A stretch of 63,737 nt of DNA, the filler included, from Acetivibrio sp. (GTDB lineage: Bacteria; Bacillota; Clostridia; Acetivibrionales; Acetivibrionaceae), in NCBI RefSeq assembly GCF_035371925.1. It is 5 parts of 5 records of this genome, joined end to end, with 100 filler letters (N's around TTAATTAATTAA, not from the genome) between each part and the next. Parts side by side here need not be neighbours in the genome. Positions count along the whole stretch, not along the records: positions 47,201 to 61,642 come from NZ_DAORXT010000073.1; positions 61,743 to 63,737 come from NZ_DAORXT010000177.1; 3 more parts are not named here. The stretch is one strand, 5' to 3'. The notes under the pieces were generated by a model. The model was not told where the DNA came from. It searched no databases and saw only the letters and a program-made list of their open reading frames with translations. The position numbers and the translations under genes are program-made. This document shows positions 60,281-63,737 of this stretch, one piece after another (the stretch's first letter is position 1; every line of letters starts with the position of its first letter).

Positions 60281-61315
60281 CTAAATTTTGCATCTCATAA
60301 CACATACACTTTTTGAACCAATATTCTGCCAGTATTCAATGTGGTCATTATCTTGCCTGAAATTACTGAAAGAATAATCGTTATCTTTTACATATTGGAA
60401 AATCTCATTTGTAAACAGAACATCCCATGCTTTTTCATTGACATTTGGAAGCTCGGTCAGTGTAAACTCATTAACCACGTTTTTGAGCTCGTCAAACAGA
60501 ACAACTCTGTAGCTCTCGCTACCTTCTTTATACAACGCATAGTGATTTTGAACTCTTATTATATCATCGATTTTAACTTTTCTTTCTTCCAAGAGCAAAG
60601 TTTTTAGCTTGTTGCTCTGGTAAAGGAATTTGTGACATTCTATGTAATTTAAAATAACTTTTAGGTTGTTGCTTTGTCTCAAATTGCTAAGGCTGATTTT
60701 GAGAAAATCGGGAGTATCATTATTAAACGTTACGATTATTGCTTCAGAGTCGGCCTTGTACCAGATTTCATTCTTGTCCATGTAAATAATCTGTTCGGGC
60801 AGACTGCGCTCATCATACTTTGGGTAAAGAAATGGCAGCGTATTATGGAATTTGATTGTCCTGACGGAAATGTTATCTGCTTCCTTTATAGTTACAGTTT
60901 TGGGATGACCCTCAGTATCTTTGTCGATAACCACAACTTTTCCAAAATCAGTACAATAAACATAGTTAAACTTGCTGGATACCACCAAGTCCTTTTTGTC
61001 AAGACCTAATATATCTTCTAAATTTTTGAGTCTGGCTTTTTTCAGAGAATAAAGGAAACCGGAAGGTTTCTCGGAACTCTGGGATACGTTTTCATTGGTA
61101 TTATCTTTAAGGCTTTTTGACGTGCTTAAGTTGAAGCCCTTGGCTTTTTCGTTCTGGATTGAAGAAACCTTTGACGATATTATATCCATAAGACCTTTAA
61201 TACTGTTTCCAACTTCTTTGATTGCACCATCGTCCTTTTTTTTATCCGATGAAGGCCTTGATGATGCAAAACGATATTCCTCCGGTAATAAGTTGATGTC
61301 TTTCTTATTACCCAT
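60281..61315 (-). CDS. Hypothetical soluble protein with N-terminal DINLLPEEY motif (start ATG 61315)
   Basis: RBS aaaggag; 344 aa; no hydrophobic TM segment or signal peptide visible. Confidence 0.65.
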   Translation of the reverse strand: MGNKKDINLLPEEYRFASSRPSSDKKKDDGAIKEVGNSIKGLMDIISSKVSSIQNEKAKGFNLSTSKSLKDNTNENVSQSSEKPSGFLYSLKKARLKNLEDILGLDKKDLVVSSKFNYVYCTDFGKVVVIDKDTEGHPKTVTIKEADNISVRTIKFHNTLPFLYPKYDERSLPEQIIYMDKNEIWYKADSEAIIVTFNNDTPDFLKISLSNLRQSNNLKVILNYIECHKFLYQSNKLKTLLLEERKVKIDDIIRVQNHYALYKEGSESYRVVLFDELKNVVNEFTLTELPNVNEKAWDVLFTNEIFQYVKDNDYSFSNFRQDNDHIEYWQNIGSKSVCVMRCKI

Positions 61316-61592
61316 ACAAATCACTCCTTTAAAAATCTTTGGGTTCATAACACAGTGCCCGCAGATAAGATGAAAATATTAAATTCAATTCAACACCAAT
61401 GCAAATATATATCTCTCTGTATAAATAAAACAACACTGTTTTAAACAAAGGTATAACAGGTGCGGGGAAGAGATGGTACAATGAAAAACTAGTCGGATGC
61501 GGCATGGAAATTCTACAACGTAATTTTACTTATTGATAATTATACCATATATTTGCCTTATAGTACATTATTTTTAAACGTAATTATTATTT

Positions 61593-61642
61593 TTTAAATT
61601 GCAAGTTTAATTGCCTTACAAAATCTTACAGAACCCTGTTTT
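61593..61642. repeat. Second copy (inverted) of the 50-bp repeat at 3-52
   Basis: Exact reverse-complement match, at a contig end. Confidence 0.85.
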
Positions 61643-61742
61643 NNNNNNNNNNNNNNNNNNNNNNNNNNNNNNNNNNNNNNNNNNNNTTAATTAATTAANN
61701 NNNNNNNNNNNNNNNNNNNNNNNNNNNNNNNNNNNNNNNNNN
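61643..61742. other. Artificial contig linker
   Basis: 44 N + TTAATTAATTAA + 44 N. Confidence 0.98.
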
Positions 61743-63734
61743 GTATGAATTCGAAAAGTAGCATGGAAATCGTGTAGGATGCTGAAATTTAGCGACAAAA
61801 GGGATTGAACCCAATAATAACCATGTACTGAGCCTTGAAAAACGAATATGCTGCGGACATGAAGAAAAAAAGAGCATGGCAAAGCCAACCCATTGTATTA
61901 GGGTGTTTAAAATCTTCAAAAAGACATCTTAAGCATTCAGTATATCAAGCAACTTTACCGGACTACTCTTCAAGTAAAGAAAGAATACTGAAGCGGGTGT
62001 GCTTAATCCAGGCATCCAAATGGACATTAACAGCAGCCATGGTAGCCCGCATAAAACGCTCTCTTGAACTACGGCAGTTTCCGGCTTCAATATCGTAGTC
62101 TTTAAAAAGCCTTTTATGACTACGTTCCACAGTAGTCCGACGTTTCATCATTTCCTTGAAGGCGTCTGAACTGCGTGAGACCGGAGGGAATAACCTGGGG
62201 TCGTAGTCCGGTTTTATGTATACAGTCCTTCCATAAGTGTTGTAAGTACAACTACAAGGCTTTTCAATGCCGTGATAGTCAAACCAGCACCTGTGCTTTA
62301 CTCCTTTGGGGAATGAATATCCGCAATTTTGATAGGGTATACCGCCCATACAAATAGGGTTACCGTTATCATCAAAGCATAAAACTCCATGCGGCAGGTT
62401 CTTATCCGGATACTTCACATTGGAGTCAAGAGGGATAAAAGGGAACATTGAAAAATGTTGCAAAAGCTGGTAAGTAGGATAATTATCCATGGCACCGTCC
62501 GCAATATAGTTTTTAAAACAGATGTTGGGATAAAGCTTTCGGACTTCATCCATGGCGAAAACGGCAATAATGCTGTCATGCCTTTGTGCTTGAGCTTTGC
62601 GGAGATAAATAGGCAGGTCGTAATGGCTGTCCGAAGCGGTAGTGAGAAAGAGTGTATCCCCGTAGAACCATTGCTCGCGGTAACTGTCCCATCCCCAGGT
62701 GGCATCGGGGTCGGAATAACGTCTGGGGCATTTGCAGTCAAAGATGCCCCTGGACTTGCAGTCGCAGACTTTGACACCATAGTGGCTGGCACCTGAATAA
62801 TAGGGAGTACCGTCATTAGCGATGGAAAAGTTTTTAGGGTCACCGAGAATACCCATTTCGAGGGAATAATCGACAACGCAGCGGGCCAGGAACTTCTGCA
62901 ATACTATCTCAGGGCGATGCTGAGGAAGTTTATCCCGGATTGCAAGAGAGGCAAACTTTTTAACAACACCGTTGTGTTTAGGGAGGACATATTTCTTACC
63001 GGCCTTAAGCTTCTTGCGGGGTTTGGAGTAGAAACTGCGAAGCTTTTTCTTCCTGGCAATATGTACTTCATGGGACGCCTGCCAAAGGCGTTTGGTCAAA
63101 TCGTAATAGGAGCTGAATGCAGGTGCTTCGCCGAATTTGAACCCGCAGATAGCACAAAGCAGCCTGTCACTTGCGACCTTGGCAGCCCATTTGGGAATAT
63201 CATGCTCACCTTGGTCAAGCATCAGGATCAAAGACCGAATAATACCCTGCTGATTCTTTGCGGGACGGCCGGTATTAGAATAAAGTGGTTTGATGATAGG
63301 GTAAAGATTATCGAGGTTGAGAAGGTAGAGTTTAGAAATAGATTCTGCCAACTCAACCACCCTTTCCCTATCGGTCTGGTAGAAAAGCAAAAGGTGTAAG
63401 ATAAGATTTTTTTGGTACTCCTCATGAGAGGGCCAATCACGCAGCATATACAAAACCTCCATAACCAAAGATATGGCAATAATTACCATCCACTTCAATT
63501 ATGGGGTGAACAAATGTTTGTCAAGGCAGAACAGAACCATATATGGTTAATATTAGGTTAAATACTAAAAAATATTTGGTTTAAACCGACTTTGGGGTTT
63601 AATAGCCGTGGTAATTTATCCCACGGTGAATTGGAAAATATATTGGAATTTAATGGAGAATATTGGAGGTAAAGCAGAAAATGCTTGGCCTCAAATATAG
63701 AATTTCGAAGCTCTACGAGTTTTCGAATTCATAC
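61743..63734 (-). mobile_element. Insertion sequence (~2 kb) with 15-bp terminal inverted repeats; family unassigned
   Basis: gtatgaattcgaaaa at 61743-61757 and its RC at 63720-63734; single transposase; occupies the whole visible contig. Confidence 0.88.
61963..63447 (-). CDS. DDE transposase (IS4/IS5/IS1182-like clan; start ATG 63447)
   Basis: NDGT, SDPDATWG...YG, IADGAMD, KRRTTVERSHKRL (D-D-E); RBS ggagg. Confidence 0.85.
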   Translation of the reverse strand: MLRDWPSHEEYQKNLILHLLLFYQTDRERVVELAESISKLYLLNLDNLYPIIKPLYSNTGRPAKNQQGIIRSLILMLDQGEHDIPKWAAKVASDRLLCAICGFKFGEAPAFSSYYDLTKRLWQASHEVHIARKKKLRSFYSKPRKKLKAGKKYVLPKHNGVVKKFASLAIRDKLPQHRPEIVLQKFLARCVVDYSLEMGILGDPKNFSIANDGTPYYSGASHYGVKVCDCKSRGIFDCKCPRRYSDPDATWGWDSYREQWFYGDTLFLTTASDSHYDLPIYLRKAQAQRHDSIIAVFAMDEVRKLYPNICFKNYIADGAMDNYPTYQLLQHFSMFPFIPLDSNVKYPDKNLPHGVLCFDDNGNPICMGGIPYQNCGYSFPKGVKHRCWFDYHGIEKPCSCTYNTYGRTVYIKPDYDPRLFPPVSRSSDAFKEMMKRRTTVERSHKRLFKDYDIEAGNCRSSRERFMRATMAAVNVHLDAWIKHTRFSILSLLEE

Positions 63735-63737
63735 AAT

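Noticed and set aside
1..61642. 3-52 and 61593-61642 as the two ends of one insertion joining contig 4 to contig 1
   Set aside because: The contig 4 flank is non-coding and would not supply the missing 5' half of the peptidase gene; two independent copies are more plausible

Overview
This is not one contiguous locus. Five assembly contigs (1-15914, 16015-31811, 31912-47100, 47201-61642, 61743-63737) are joined by artificial 100-nt linkers (44 N + TTAATTAATTAA + 44 N), so gene neighbourhood across the gaps means nothing. Gene content (type I dockerins, SigI/RsgI with CBM3, a CelL-like GH5) points to a cellulosome-producing Acetivibrio/Clostridium thermocellum-like bacterium; the species assignment is an inference. 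Contig 1 is mostly core: an interrupted M60-like peptidase with a CBM, DUF362, degS-degU, an MCP, pgm, dnaE, mtrB, pfkA, a thioesterase and pgsA. Contig 2 is an accessory patchwork: LRR protein, DpnII-type M-R-M system, rRNA methyltransferase, VanX-like lipoprotein, an ABC/AAA ATPase + RloB pair, ADH/ALDH, EamA, a secreted protein and several gene remnants. Contig 3 has the V-type ATPase operon, an ABC-F protein with a structured leader, two tandem secreted stand-alone double-dockerin genes, a dehydratase-activase-like pair and a sulfur-carrier cluster (ThiF/JAB/Sir/TusA). Contig 4 has an MCP, sigI-rsgI-celL, a LexA-boxed radical SAM/DUF4130 pair, a frameshifted sensor GGDEF-EAL gene, ACT + DUF711 and a hypothetical protein with a PilN-like INLLP motif. 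Contig 5 is essentially one IS element with terminal inverted repeats. The strongest candidates for new biology are the duplicated enzyme-less double dockerins with divergent specificity residues, the ATPase-RloB putative defence pair and the soluble INLLP protein. No rRNA, tRNA or CRISPR array was seen.
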